Below, piece after piece: positions 54,952 through 63,936 of a stretch of DNA of 64,000 bases. Where the stretch lies: the NCBI GenBank assembly GCA_009619075.1, contig WJOY01000012.1:8507-72506 (forward strand), in the 5' to 3' direction. Within the stretch, counting starts at the first letter, position 1. Each line of letters opens with the position of its first letter. This stretch comes from Dehalococcoidia bacterium. Its GTDB lineage: Bacteria > Chloroflexota > Dehalococcoidia > GIF9 > AB-539-J10. The position numbers and the translations under genes are program-made. Under the pieces are notes generated by a model. It saw only the letters and a program-made list of their open reading frames with translations, was not told where the DNA came from and ran no database searches.

Positions 54952-56526
54952 ATGAAAGTAAGCACAGTGGCTCAGATGGGAAATTTGGACAAGTCTGCCA
55001 CAGAGGAATTTAGCATCTCACAAGATCTTTTGATGGAGAATGCTGGCCAAGCGGTATATTTCGTCATATTGAAGGAATTTGGAGTAAAGAATAAGAGGTT
55101 CGTCGTTTTTTGTGGCATAGGTAATAACGGTGGAGATGGGCTGGTTGTTGCCCGGAAGATTCACTCCAATGGCGGAGAGGCGAAGGTCCTTCTTTTAGAT
55201 GACGAAACTAAATTTAAAGGGATAGCAAAAAGGAACTTCGAGATAGTATCAAAGATGCCAATAGAGATTTCTAAGGTCAGTTCAAATGAATCCATAAGAG
55301 CCGCCATTCATAACTCCGATGCCATTGTGGATGCCATATTTGGCACAGGCCTTACCAAGAAGGTCAGCGGAACATACAAGGATGTCATTCAAATGATAAA
55401 CGAGAGCGAAAAAACAGTGTTCAGCGTTGACATTCCTTCAGGAATAAATGGCGATACAGGAGAAGCGATGGGTATAGCCGTTAAGGCGAATTACACCATA
55501 ACATTTGGGCTTCCCAAGATAGGAAACATGCTTTATCCCGGCTATGAGTACTGTGGGAAATTGTATCTCTCACACATCTCTTTCCCACCTTCGCTCTATA
55601 ATGCTGACTCCATAAAAGTAGAAATAAACAATCCCGTAGAGCTTCCTAAAAGAGATAAGAATGCTCATAAAGGAGATTTTGGTGAGGTTCTCTTCATTGC
55701 CGGTGCTTCAAGTTACTTTGGGGCACCGTATTTCTCCGCTTTGTCTTTTCTTAAAGCAGGAGGAGGATATTCCCGCCTGGCTACGCCTATATCCATCTCG
55801 TCATTCCTGGCAAATAAAGGGAGTGAAATCGTCTTCATTCCTCAAAGGGAGACACCATCAGGAAGCATAGCATTAAAAAATAAGGATGAATTGCTCAAAC
55901 TTTCGGAGAAGGTAGATATGGTGGTTATGGGCCCAGGCATTTCCCTAAATAAGGAGACTCAGGAATTGGTAAGGCAATTGGCACAAGAGATAAAGAGGCC
56001 TTTGCTTATAGACGGCGACGGAATTACCGCTATCTCAAAAGATATAGAAATAATTAAGAACAGGAAGGCAGAAACGATTCTTACACCTCATATGGGCGAG
56101 ATGTCGAGAATTACAAAAATGGAGATAAGTGAGGTAAATAAAAACAAGATAGGCTTTTTGCAGCGCACAGCAAAGGAACTCAATGCCATGATTGTCTTAA
56201 AGGGGGCTCATTCGCTTATAGGCTATCCAGACGAGACTGTTTTTATCAATATGAGCGGGAATCCTGGTATGGCGACAGCTGGGAGCGGCGATGTCTTGAC
56301 AGGAACGATCGCTGCTATGTTTGGTCTGGGGTTATCCCTTAGAGATGCGGTAAGAATGGGTGTGTTTCTCCACGGATTTTCTGGAGACCTGGCCGCAGCG
56401 GATAAAGGTGAGGATGGAATAACTGCCCAGGATATACTGGATTATCTCCCTGCCACGCTAAAGCGTTATAGACAGGATTTCGATGAAATCTCCGGAAATT
56501 TCTACGAGAGCATCTTTCTAGTATGA
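54952..56526 (+). CDS. nnr: Bifunctional NAD(P)H-hydrate repair enzyme Nnr (YjeF-N epimerase plus YjeF-C dehydratase)
   Basis: VFCGIGNNGGDGLVVAR (YjeF_N) and GSGDVLTGTIAAM (YjeF_C). 524 aa. Confidence 0.85.
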   Translation: MKVSTVAQMGNLDKSATEEFSISQDLLMENAGQAVYFVILKEFGVKNKRFVVFCGIGNNGGDGLVVARKIHSNGGEAKVLLLDDETKFKGIAKRNFEIVSKMPIEISKVSSNESIRAAIHNSDAIVDAIFGTGLTKKVSGTYKDVIQMINESEKTVFSVDIPSGINGDTGEAMGIAVKANYTITFGLPKIGNMLYPGYEYCGKLYLSHISFPPSLYNADSIKVEINNPVELPKRDKNAHKGDFGEVLFIAGASSYFGAPYFSALSFLKAGGGYSRLATPISISSFLANKGSEIVFIPQRETPSGSIALKNKDELLKLSEKVDMVVMGPGISLNKETQELVRQLAQEIKRPLLIDGDGITAISKDIEIIKNRKAETILTPHMGEMSRITKMEISEVNKNKIGFLQRTAKELNAMIVLKGAHSLIGYPDETVFINMSGNPGMATAGSGDVLTGTIAAMFGLGLSLRDAVRMGVFLHGFSGDLAAADKGEDGITAQDILDYLPATLKRYRQDFDEISGNFYESIFLV

Positions 56527-56542
56527 AAAGGGGGCTGAAAAA

Positions 56543-57562
56543 ATGAAGGCGATGGTACTTAAGAAAATCTCCTTGGTTGAGGAAAAGCCTTTAGAGTTAG
56601 TAGATTTACCAAATCCTGCTCCCAACTCTAAGCAAATCTCAGTCAAGGTTTCCGCCTGCGGGGTCTGTCACACTGAGCTAGATGAAATTGAAGGCAGGGT
56701 CCCTCCCTCAAAGTTTCCCATGGTTCTGGGGCATGAAATCGTTGGCAGGGTAGAAAGTTTAGGGCCAGGGGTAACTAAATTTAAGGAAAGAGACAGAGTG
56801 GGGATTGCCTGGATTAACTGGGCCTGTGGAGAGTGTTCCTTTTGTCTTAAAGGTGAGGAAAATTTGTGTGATAAAGCGAAATGGACAGGGAAGGATGTCA
56901 ATGGAGGCTATGGCCAATATACTGTGGTTTCGGAGGACTTCGCTTACCCCATTCCGGAAAGATTTACCGACCTACAAGCAGCTCCACTTTTATGTGCTGG
57001 GGTGATCGGCTATAGAGCCTTAAGGCTCTCAGGAATGGAAGATGGCAAAGTTCTTGGCCTTTATGGATTTGGAGCCTCGGCCCATATTGTCATTCAAATT
57101 GCTAAATATAAATACCCCAGTAGTAAGGTCTTCGTCTTTACTCGACCAAACCAGAAGGAGCATCAAGATCTAGCCCGAAAATTGGGGGCTAATTGGGTTG
57201 GAGCCACAGGAGATACTCCACCAGAAAAGCTTAACTGCGCCATTGACTTTACTCCGGTGGGGGTACCGGTGCGTGAAGCTCTAAGGAACTTAGAAAAAGG
57301 GGGGAGAGTGGTTATAAACGCAATTCGCAAGATAACACCCATTCCGGAGTTAGATTATGCCGAACATCTCTGGCATGAAAAGGAAGTAAAAAGTGTGGCC
57401 AATGTAACCAGAAGGGATGCCCAGGAATTTCTACCTTTGGCCGCTGAAATTCCCATCGTGCCTGAAGTTCGAGAATTCAGGTTAGAAGAGGCAAACGAAG
57501 CTTTAATTCTGCTTAAAGAGGGAAAAATCCGTGGTGCCGGGGTCTTGAGCATCCCAGAATAG
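56543..57562 (+). CDS. Zinc-dependent alcohol dehydrogenase (MDR family)
   Basis: CGVCHTELDEIEG, GHEIVGRVESLGPGV and a structural-zinc Cys cluster (CGECSFC..C). Confidence 0.8.
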   Translation: MKAMVLKKISLVEEKPLELVDLPNPAPNSKQISVKVSACGVCHTELDEIEGRVPPSKFPMVLGHEIVGRVESLGPGVTKFKERDRVGIAWINWACGECSFCLKGEENLCDKAKWTGKDVNGGYGQYTVVSEDFAYPIPERFTDLQAAPLLCAGVIGYRALRLSGMEDGKVLGLYGFGASAHIVIQIAKYKYPSSKVFVFTRPNQKEHQDLARKLGANWVGATGDTPPEKLNCAIDFTPVGVPVREALRNLEKGGRVVINAIRKITPIPELDYAEHLWHEKEVKSVANVTRRDAQEFLPLAAEIPIVPEVREFRLEEANEALILLKEGKIRGAGVLSIPE

Positions 57563-57576
57563 AAGGTTAGTAAACT

Positions 57577-58455
57577 ATGATAACTCAGATTTTGCTGGCA
57601 GTTGTTGTAATACTCCTGGTCATATTGATTTTCCTTGTTATCAAAGGGAGGAGTGTCAAGCCAAGAGATATTGAAAATGCCGTATCAAGCACCTGGACGA
57701 AGCTGGGCCTGGATGAAAAGATAGGTAAGCTGGCAATTCACGCCCAGGATATTAGAGATAGCCACAGGTCAATTGAACAAATGCTCCGAGTGCCTATGGA
57801 GCGAGCGGCGCTCGGTGAAATGAGTTTGGAAACAATCCTTTCAGACCAGCTCCCTCCAGATATGTTTGGTATCAGGAAGATGATTCTCGACGGGAAAATT
57901 CCCGATGCACATATTAGGTCAACCGTGGGGCTTATTTGCATAGATTCTAAATTCCCCTTAGATAACTATAGAAAAATGGCAGAGGTTGAAGATTCCAAAG
58001 AAAAGGAGGACTTCAAAAACGATTTCCGCAAAGATGTCCGAAGTCACCTTAACAAAATAGCTGAAGATTACGTGTGTCCAGAGAAGGGCTCAGCAGAGTT
58101 TGCTTTCGCTTACATCCCCTCTGAGGCTGTTTATTATTTCTTAGTAAACGAGGAATTCGAAATGTTGCGGGACTACACTAAAAGGGGAATTCAGGTTGTA
58201 TCCCCGTTGACGCTTTCCCACAAGATTGAGCTTATCAAAGCTGGCGTTCATGCCAAAAAGCTTTCCGAAGAGGCGGAAAGTGTGAGAAAAGACCTTAATG
58301 TAATTTCCCAAAGGTTTAACGAAATTGACGAGCTATGGCGGGTATTTTACAACACACATTTAAGAAATGCCGGGGATAGGGCAGAGGAATTGGATACAGC
58401 CTATAGGAAACTAAGGGAAGAATTTGATAAGATTTCAAGAATGTCGAAGGAATAA
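57577..58455 (+). CDS. rmuC: DNA recombination protein RmuC-family
   Basis: N-terminal TM helix, then LICIDSKFPLDNYRKM and FAFAYIPSEAVYY, which match RmuC core blocks. Confidence 0.65.
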   Translation: MITQILLAVVVILLVILIFLVIKGRSVKPRDIENAVSSTWTKLGLDEKIGKLAIHAQDIRDSHRSIEQMLRVPMERAALGEMSLETILSDQLPPDMFGIRKMILDGKIPDAHIRSTVGLICIDSKFPLDNYRKMAEVEDSKEKEDFKNDFRKDVRSHLNKIAEDYVCPEKGSAEFAFAYIPSEAVYYFLVNEEFEMLRDYTKRGIQVVSPLTLSHKIELIKAGVHAKKLSEEAESVRKDLNVISQRFNEIDELWRVFYNTHLRNAGDRAEELDTAYRKLREEFDKISRMSKE

Positions 58456-58511
58456 CAACTCTAAAACAAGGCTATTGACATTGCTGTATCGGGCTGTTTA
58501 CAATAAGCCAT

Positions 58512-59684
58512 ATGAAATTATTAGTTATAGGTCTAGGTCAATGTGGCGGCAGAATTGCCGATAGGTTCGCTCGGCTAAATAAGAGGGCGCGTGCTCTGCG
58601 GAAAATCAATATCATTGCCGATGCCTTTGCTGTTAACACAGATGTTGCTGATTTAAGTGGATTACGCACTATCAAATCTGATTACAAACACAGAATTCTT
58701 ATCGGGGGGCAACGGACCAATGGTCATGGAGTAGGTAAGGTAAGTGAACTTGGCGCCGAGATAGCGAGGGAAGATACTGATAAGATCATAGATGCTATAA
58801 GAAGGTCAGAGCAGTTCTATGAGACAGACGCCTTCTTGTTGGTTGCTGCTGCTGCCGGTGGCACTGGTTCTGGATCAATAGCAGTGCTAACGCAGTATTT
58901 GAAACAGCGCTATATAGGAAAGCCGGTCTACAATGTTATCGTTTTGCCATTTAGGCAAGAAGAAACAACAGAATCAAGAGCTGTTTACAACACGGCTATG
59001 TGCCTCAAGTCTACCTACTTAGTGGCTGATGCGATAATTCTTATTGACAACCAAAGGTATGTCAAAAAAGATTCTCCGGCCGGAAACAACCTGGCGGTGA
59101 TTAATGCCCGAGTAGTTGAACCATTTTACAATTTGCTTTGCGCTGGTGAAGAGAGGAACAAAAAATACATTGGGGCAAGAACGCTTGACGCTGGAGACAT
59201 AATACAGACTCTGGCAGGATGGACAATAATTGGCGAAGGTAAATCGCCAATCCCACGAAGGATACCCCTATTTGGACCAAAACGTGATTTCAGAGCCAAG
59301 ATGGATGAAACCAGCAAAGCAGCTCACGCTATGGATCAAGCCCTAGGTGAGTTATCGCTCACATGCGATCCTAAAAATGCTGGGAGGGCTTTATACCTTG
59401 TCACCGCACCGCCCAAAGAAATGCATATGGAGATAATCAAGGAACTTGGGGACAATTTAAGCACTGTGGCTCCAGATGCTTTAATACGGAGCGGTGATTA
59501 CCCTAGACAGAAAGGTTCGCTGTATGTCACTGTAATCCTATCTGAAATTAGCAGTGTCAGGAAAATCACGAACTACTTTACCAGAGCAATTGACTTAATT
59601 TCTGTTATCAAAGCTAAGCGTGGAGTAGAGTACTCAAACAGAAAACTCGCAGAAACCTTCGCTGATATCCCTCTATTACTATAA
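58512..59684 (+). CDS. CetZ-like tubulin/FtsZ-superfamily GTPase (full length)
   Basis: IGLGQCGGRIADRF (tubulin/CetZ-type G-box), AAAGGTGSGS (tubulin-type GGGTGSG, not FtsZ GGGTGTG), T7-loop TLDAGDI, C-terminal GDYP. 390 aa. The blocks NGHGVGKVSELGAEIAREDTDKI and DAFLLVA...PVYNVIVLP resemble haloarchaeal CetZ. Confidence 0.75.
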   Translation: MKLLVIGLGQCGGRIADRFARLNKRARALRKINIIADAFAVNTDVADLSGLRTIKSDYKHRILIGGQRTNGHGVGKVSELGAEIAREDTDKIIDAIRRSEQFYETDAFLLVAAAAGGTGSGSIAVLTQYLKQRYIGKPVYNVIVLPFRQEETTESRAVYNTAMCLKSTYLVADAIILIDNQRYVKKDSPAGNNLAVINARVVEPFYNLLCAGEERNKKYIGARTLDAGDIIQTLAGWTIIGEGKSPIPRRIPLFGPKRDFRAKMDETSKAAHAMDQALGELSLTCDPKNAGRALYLVTAPPKEMHMEIIKELGDNLSTVAPDALIRSGDYPRQKGSLYVTVILSEISSVRKITNYFTRAIDLISVIKAKRGVEYSNRKLAETFADIPLLL

Positions 59685-59787
59685 TTAGTTCACTGAGCTG
59701 GCGCAAAAGAATTGGTATTTCTACTCTTCGGCAAAAGCCAGGCCATCAAGAAATATAGCTAGAGAGGCAGTTTGACTTGTTTCTCCC

Positions 59788-60171
59788 TTACTTTCTAGCT
59801 TTAGTAAAGACTGCCCATGTCCGCTCAATGGTCTCATTGCGGGCTTCCCTGGCTTTTCGTTCAGCCTCATCACGGGTTCTTAATATCTGAGCCACTCTTC
59901 CTTCATAAGCCTTTCTAGCCTGGGCTATGTTTTCCTCACAAGCCTTTCTAGCTTGCTCTACAGCCTCATTATAGGCCTTATCTGCCTGTCGTTCCTGCCC
60001 CTTATAGGCTCCTTCTAGTTGGCGTTCAGCTTCTATGTAGGCTGCATAAGCTGCCGCAGCTCGCTGTTGAGTTTCATCAAGGAAGCCAACAACTTGCTCC
60101 GCTTTCTTAGGGACCTTCTTGGCTTCCTCTTCTTCCTTCCCCGCAACAAAGACTTTCTCTGCATCTGGCAT
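59788..60171 (-). CDS. Small charged alpha-helical/coiled-coil protein (A/E/K/R-rich)
   Basis: 127 aa with a repetitive AYxxAxEQARKAxEE composition. Lies downstream of, and co-oriented with, the 550-aa repeat protein. Confidence 0.4.
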   Translation of the reverse strand: MPDAEKVFVAGKEEEEAKKVPKKAEQVVGFLDETQQRAAAAYAAYIEAERQLEGAYKGQERQADKAYNEAVEQARKACEENIAQARKAYEGRVAQILRTRDEAERKAREARNETIERTWAVFTKARK

Positions 60172-60275
60172 GGTATACCTCCTTTGCTCCTTAGATTTTT
60201 ATTTTACTCTTTTATTTACATTCATACAAGGGTGAGATAAGCAAAAAAGAATTACACCTTCATCTTTGCCTCCTT

Positions 60276-61928
60276 CTAGCCTTGCTCCACTTCATCATTC
60301 TCGGTAGCTTCTTCCTCAGCATGTTCAGCTTTATGAGCGGCATACATTTGAGCCAGGAAATCCAACCTTGCTTGAATTTCCCTTCTAGACTCTTTTGGCT
60401 CCCTCTTTTCTTCTGCAACAGCTTCAGCCTTACTTAAAGGCTCCTCAATCCCCTTGCTTACCTTTTCAGCTCCACCCATCGCTTGCTCAAATACTCGTAT
60501 TGATGCCTTTGCCGCCTTTCTAGCTGATTTAGTTGTTTCCTCAGTCCTATTGATCGCCTCTTCGAACGCCCTTACCGCTGTTATAACGGCCTCCTTGGCT
60601 TCCCTTACCGCTCTCTCAGTAACTTCCCTGGCTACTTGTGTTGCTTCCTCAGCGGCCTTCATGGCCGCCTGGCCTATCTCCTCAGCTCTGGCTATGGCCT
60701 CTTGGGAGGCTTTCTTTGCCTCCTCGGCAGTTTCCTTAGCCGCTTGATCTGTCTCCTCAAGCCTACCTACAGCTTCCTGGGATGCTTTTCTTGATCCCTC
60801 GGCATCCCCCATGACTGCCTGGCCTATCTCCTCAGCTCTGGCTATGGCCTCTTGAGAGGCTTTCTTTGCCTCCTCGGCAGCCTCCTTAGCCGCTTGACCT
60901 ATCCCTTCAACCCTGCTTATAGCTTCTTGGGATGAGTTTCTTGATTCCTCAGCAGCCTCCACGGCCACCTGGTTCATCTCCTCAGCTCTGGCTATAGCCT
61001 CTTGGGAAGCCTTCATTGATGCTTCAGCAGATTCCTTGACCCATCTGACCGATGCCTCAGTTCTGCTTATAGCTTTCTGAGATGCTTTTATCACTGTTTT
61101 AGCCTCTTTCTTGGTTGTTTTGCTTATTTCACTGGCCCTGCTTATTACTTCCTCAAATGCCCTTGCGGACTCTTCGGTAGACTCCTTAGCCGATATGCTC
61201 ACTTTATTGGCTCTGCTTATTGCCTCCTCGAATGCCCTGGCAGACTCCTCGGCAGACTTCGTGGCTGCTTGGCTTGTCCTTTCAGCTTTGCTTACTGCTT
61301 CCTGTGATGCTTTCTGCGCTTCCTTGGCAGCTTTGGCGGCTGCCTTGCCTCCCTCCTCAGCTCTGGTTATAGCTTCTCGGGAGGCCCACATCGCTTCCTG
61401 AGCGGTTCCCATGACCGCCTGGCCTACTTCCTTAGCTCTGGTTATAGCCTCTTGGGAGACTTTCGTCGCCTCCTGAGCGGTTTCCATGGCCGCCTGGCCT
61501 ATCTCCTCAGTTCTGGCTATAGCCTCTTGGGAGGCTTTCATCGATGCTTCAGCAGCCTCCCTGGCCCATTTGACCAATGCCTCAGTTCTGCTCACCGCTT
61601 CCTTAAATTCCTTTGCTGATGACTCAGCAGAGTCCGTGACTGATTTGATCGATGCCTCAGCCTTGCTTATCGCCTCCTGTGATGCTTTTATCGATGCTTC
61701 AGTAACCTCCTTGGATGCTTGGCTTATCCTTTCAGCTCTGCTTACTGCTTCCTGTGATGCTCTCTTTGCCTCCTCAGCAGCCTTCATGGCTGCCAGGCTT
61801 ATCTCCTCAACCCTGCTTATAGCTTCTTGAGATGCCCTCTTTGATTCCTCAGCAGCCTGCCTGGCCGCTTGACTTAGCTTCTCAGCTCTTGCTACTGCCT
61901 GCTCAAATGTCGCAACACTACTTTTCAT
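60276..61928 (-). CDS. Tandem-repeat alpha-helical protein (~22 copies of a 22-residue, 2x11-mer amphipathic repeat)
   Basis: The consensus ASQEAIaRaEEIGQAAMkAAEEAKk is repeated along 550 aa. The DNA contains near-identical internal duplications (for example 60650-60730 versus 60800-60880, and 61380-61460 versus 61470-61540). Convergent with the CetZ-like gene. Confidence 0.6.
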   Translation of the reverse strand: MKSSVATFEQAVARAEKLSQAARQAAEESKRASQEAISRVEEISLAAMKAAEEAKRASQEAVSRAERISQASKEVTEASIKASQEAISKAEASIKSVTDSAESSAKEFKEAVSRTEALVKWAREAAEASMKASQEAIARTEEIGQAAMETAQEATKVSQEAITRAKEVGQAVMGTAQEAMWASREAITRAEEGGKAAAKAAKEAQKASQEAVSKAERTSQAATKSAEESARAFEEAISRANKVSISAKESTEESARAFEEVISRASEISKTTKKEAKTVIKASQKAISRTEASVRWVKESAEASMKASQEAIARAEEMNQVAVEAAEESRNSSQEAISRVEGIGQAAKEAAEEAKKASQEAIARAEEIGQAVMGDAEGSRKASQEAVGRLEETDQAAKETAEEAKKASQEAIARAEEIGQAAMKAAEEATQVAREVTERAVREAKEAVITAVRAFEEAINRTEETTKSARKAAKASIRVFEQAMGGAEKVSKGIEEPLSKAEAVAEEKREPKESRREIQARLDFLAQMYAAHKAEHAEEEATENDEVEQG

Positions 61929-62388
61929 ATTCCCTGAGGACTTTTGGAAAACCTCGCTTGGCTCCGCAAAGTCCAGCGGTTTTCCTTACCCCTTATATTT
62001 CTTATTTTAATAGGAGTTACTAAAATTTTCAATGCCTAGCCCGTCAGGGGCAGGGTTATTAAATCTCCCTTGGCAACTTCCCGTAGGTGTTCTAGCGCTA
62101 GAATGTCCACGTTATCGAACCAGGCAAAGGCAAAAAGCCACCTCAAGTAAAGGACTTCAAAAAATCTTCACAGAGGCGGTGAGTATGAAGGGCCAACAGC
62201 CCTTAAGCAGCAAGGTTGATAGCTACCATAGTAAATGTTAGAGTTTGCTAGACCAAAGCGGATTAGATGAACTGTGGGTTCGTATACACTGCTGTTGTCT
62301 GCCATTTTCAATGAGATGTGAGTTAGATGGATATTGATCGTAGTATAAAGATGAGGTTGGTGTTTGAGGATCAAAAGAAGCCATATTT

Positions 62389-62880
62389 TTGGATGTTTCA
62401 TCATTGTTTTATGACTTTGAGTTGCTGTACGATCTCTCTTTCCTCCTATATGCAAAGGATTATTATGATTATCGATTTTCACAGTATTTTTGGTACAGAC
62501 GGGGGCGGCCATTAAAAGATGAACATAGACTTCGTGCATTCCGGATAATCAAGGAATCTCCACTTACAGTGGAGCTGATATTAAGTATTGTTGCCGTTTC
62601 TTCTGGAGCCATTTGGCTAATAGCACAAGCAATCAAGAAAATAGGCAATTGGAAATTAAATAGAGAGAAACTAAAATTAGAAATTGAAAAGCTTAGACGA
62701 GAAAGTAATCTTCTATCTTACGATGAGAAACGGGCAAGAATTGAGATGGAAAGGAAATTACAAGAAAGGGAATGTTTAATGATTTTTAATTCATTACTTA
62801 GAAGACTTGAAAGGAATTCAATTAAGCTTAAAGATATAGATTTAACTTTGGAAGAATTTAATGATCAAAACAGCAGATAA
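62389..62880 (+). CDS. Hypothetical protein (one TM helix plus coiled coil) in an AT-rich islet
   Basis: 163-aa ORF preceded by a D/E-type motif (62252-62300). The true start is uncertain. Confidence 0.3.
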   Translation: MDVSSLFYDFELLYDLSFLLYAKDYYDYRFSQYFWYRRGRPLKDEHRLRAFRIIKESPLTVELILSIVAVSSGAIWLIAQAIKKIGNWKLNREKLKLEIEKLRRESNLLSYDEKRARIEMERKLQERECLMIFNSLLRRLERNSIKLKDIDLTLEEFNDQNSR

Positions 62881-62988
62881 CAGAGCGTACCTGGCTTCGT
62901 GCCTTCGGCGCTCCGCCAAAATTCCCCTTCGGGGAACTTCAGAGACACTCGAAACGTTAGCTGAAATACTTATTCAAGAGGGACACAG

Positions 62989-63606
62989 ATGTTTAGAACT
63001 AATCTCCAAAATGTTGTAGATAAATATTTGCCCGTTCCTGCTTTCCAAGATAAATGGAAAAAGGACCAGCAAATAGGAGGTGGTTACTACTATGCATTGA
63101 CATACCCTTCTATCCTCTCTTTTTTCAAAGAACATCAGCCCTTATCCGATGCCTTAAATCTAAAGGTGGCCTTAATCTTCTCATGGAACCCAACAATTTG
63201 TAAGGTAACCTCAACCCGATTCGAACAAGCGGAACGTGAATTGGCCGCCTTAGAATCTACCAGGGAAGAACTTGATACTAAAGGCATTTCAAATGTTGAT
63301 ATAAATGAGGTCATTCGTGAACTTTGGGGCCCGGTAAAAAAGGCTACTTCTTCCTGGGACTCGACTCCCGGGGTGAGCGTCACAAAATTCTTACATTTTA
63401 GTTTCCCCCATATCTTTCCAATGATTGATTTGAATACGATGAAGAATCTTGGAGGTACAACTGTCAACCTGAAGTGGTACTCCATTTTCCTTTCAGAATG
63501 GAAAGACCTGTATAAGCATTTGAAAGCATCTTTCGACCAAATCTCCAATGCTGTCGATATGCCAGTGACACGGGTACTAGATATAATGATTTTTACCCCA
63601 CGGTAG
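62989..63606 (+). CDS. Hypothetical protein, paralog of 35972..36640
   Basis: Shares the VSVTKFLHFSFPHIFPMIDL motif block. 205 aa. Confidence 0.4.
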   Translation: MFRTNLQNVVDKYLPVPAFQDKWKKDQQIGGGYYYALTYPSILSFFKEHQPLSDALNLKVALIFSWNPTICKVTSTRFEQAERELAALESTREELDTKGISNVDINEVIRELWGPVKKATSSWDSTPGVSVTKFLHFSFPHIFPMIDLNTMKNLGGTTVNLKWYSIFLSEWKDLYKHLKASFDQISNAVDMPVTRVLDIMIFTPR

Positions 63607-63666
63607 GATGTTTAGTATGAGTACTTCAGCTAACAGCGTGTTCGCGGTTCGCTTCGCTCGCCCAAA

Positions 63667-63912
63667 TTGCCTTCGGCAACTTCTTCTATCAGCGGAACCG
63701 TTAAGCGGAGGCATGTGTTACCGTTATGGGGCGCAAAAATGCAATACAGCCATATTCTTAAGAGGCTGAAATCCCTATCTAATCCCAAAGCAGTAGAGGG
63801 CATGGCAAAATATGGAATTACACCAGAGAAGACCTACGGTGTGTCAATCCCAAACTTAAGAAAGATTGCTGAAGAAATAAGAACAGACCACGAGCTTGCT
63901 CAACAACATTGA
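63667..63912 (+). pseudogene. DNA alkylation repair (AlkD-like) N-terminal fragment (probable start at 63739)
   Basis: MQYSHILKRLKSLSNPKAVEGMAKYGI..GVSIPNLRKIAEEIRTDHELA matches the family N-terminus, then stops (..AQQH). The missing C-terminal portion is the part encoded at 41381..41878. Confidence 0.45.
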
Positions 63913-63936
63913 AAACCTAAACCTCTGAAGGTTTTT
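63911..63936 (+). terminator. Weak Rho-independent terminator-like hairpin
   Basis: GAAAACC-taaacctctgaa-GGTTTTC followed by TCGTTT. Confidence 0.3.

Noticed and set aside
58512-59684. The idea that the contig is archaeal because of the CetZ-like gene
   Set aside because: Flanking and distant genes are diagnostic of Bacteria: sigma-70 RpoD, bacterial DnaG with CPFH zinc finger, RF2 with programmed frameshift, RecO/RecR/DnaX, NAD-dependent LigA, Pth, TrkAH, and the S16-KH operon.
60276-61928. Possible CRISPR array, suggested by the highly periodic direct repeats
   Set aside because: The periodicity (~66-72 nt) lies within one long open reading frame encoding a coherent 22-residue protein repeat. 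There are no conserved short repeats separated by unique spacers. The opposite-strand ORFs 60454, 61111 and 61486 are antisense artefacts of the same repeats.
62032-62539. ORFs 62032..62241(+), 62168..62539(-) and 62327..62515(+)
   Set aside because: They lie in an AT-rich noncoding stretch containing the E-type motif. They overlap each other and have no ribosome-binding sites or motifs.
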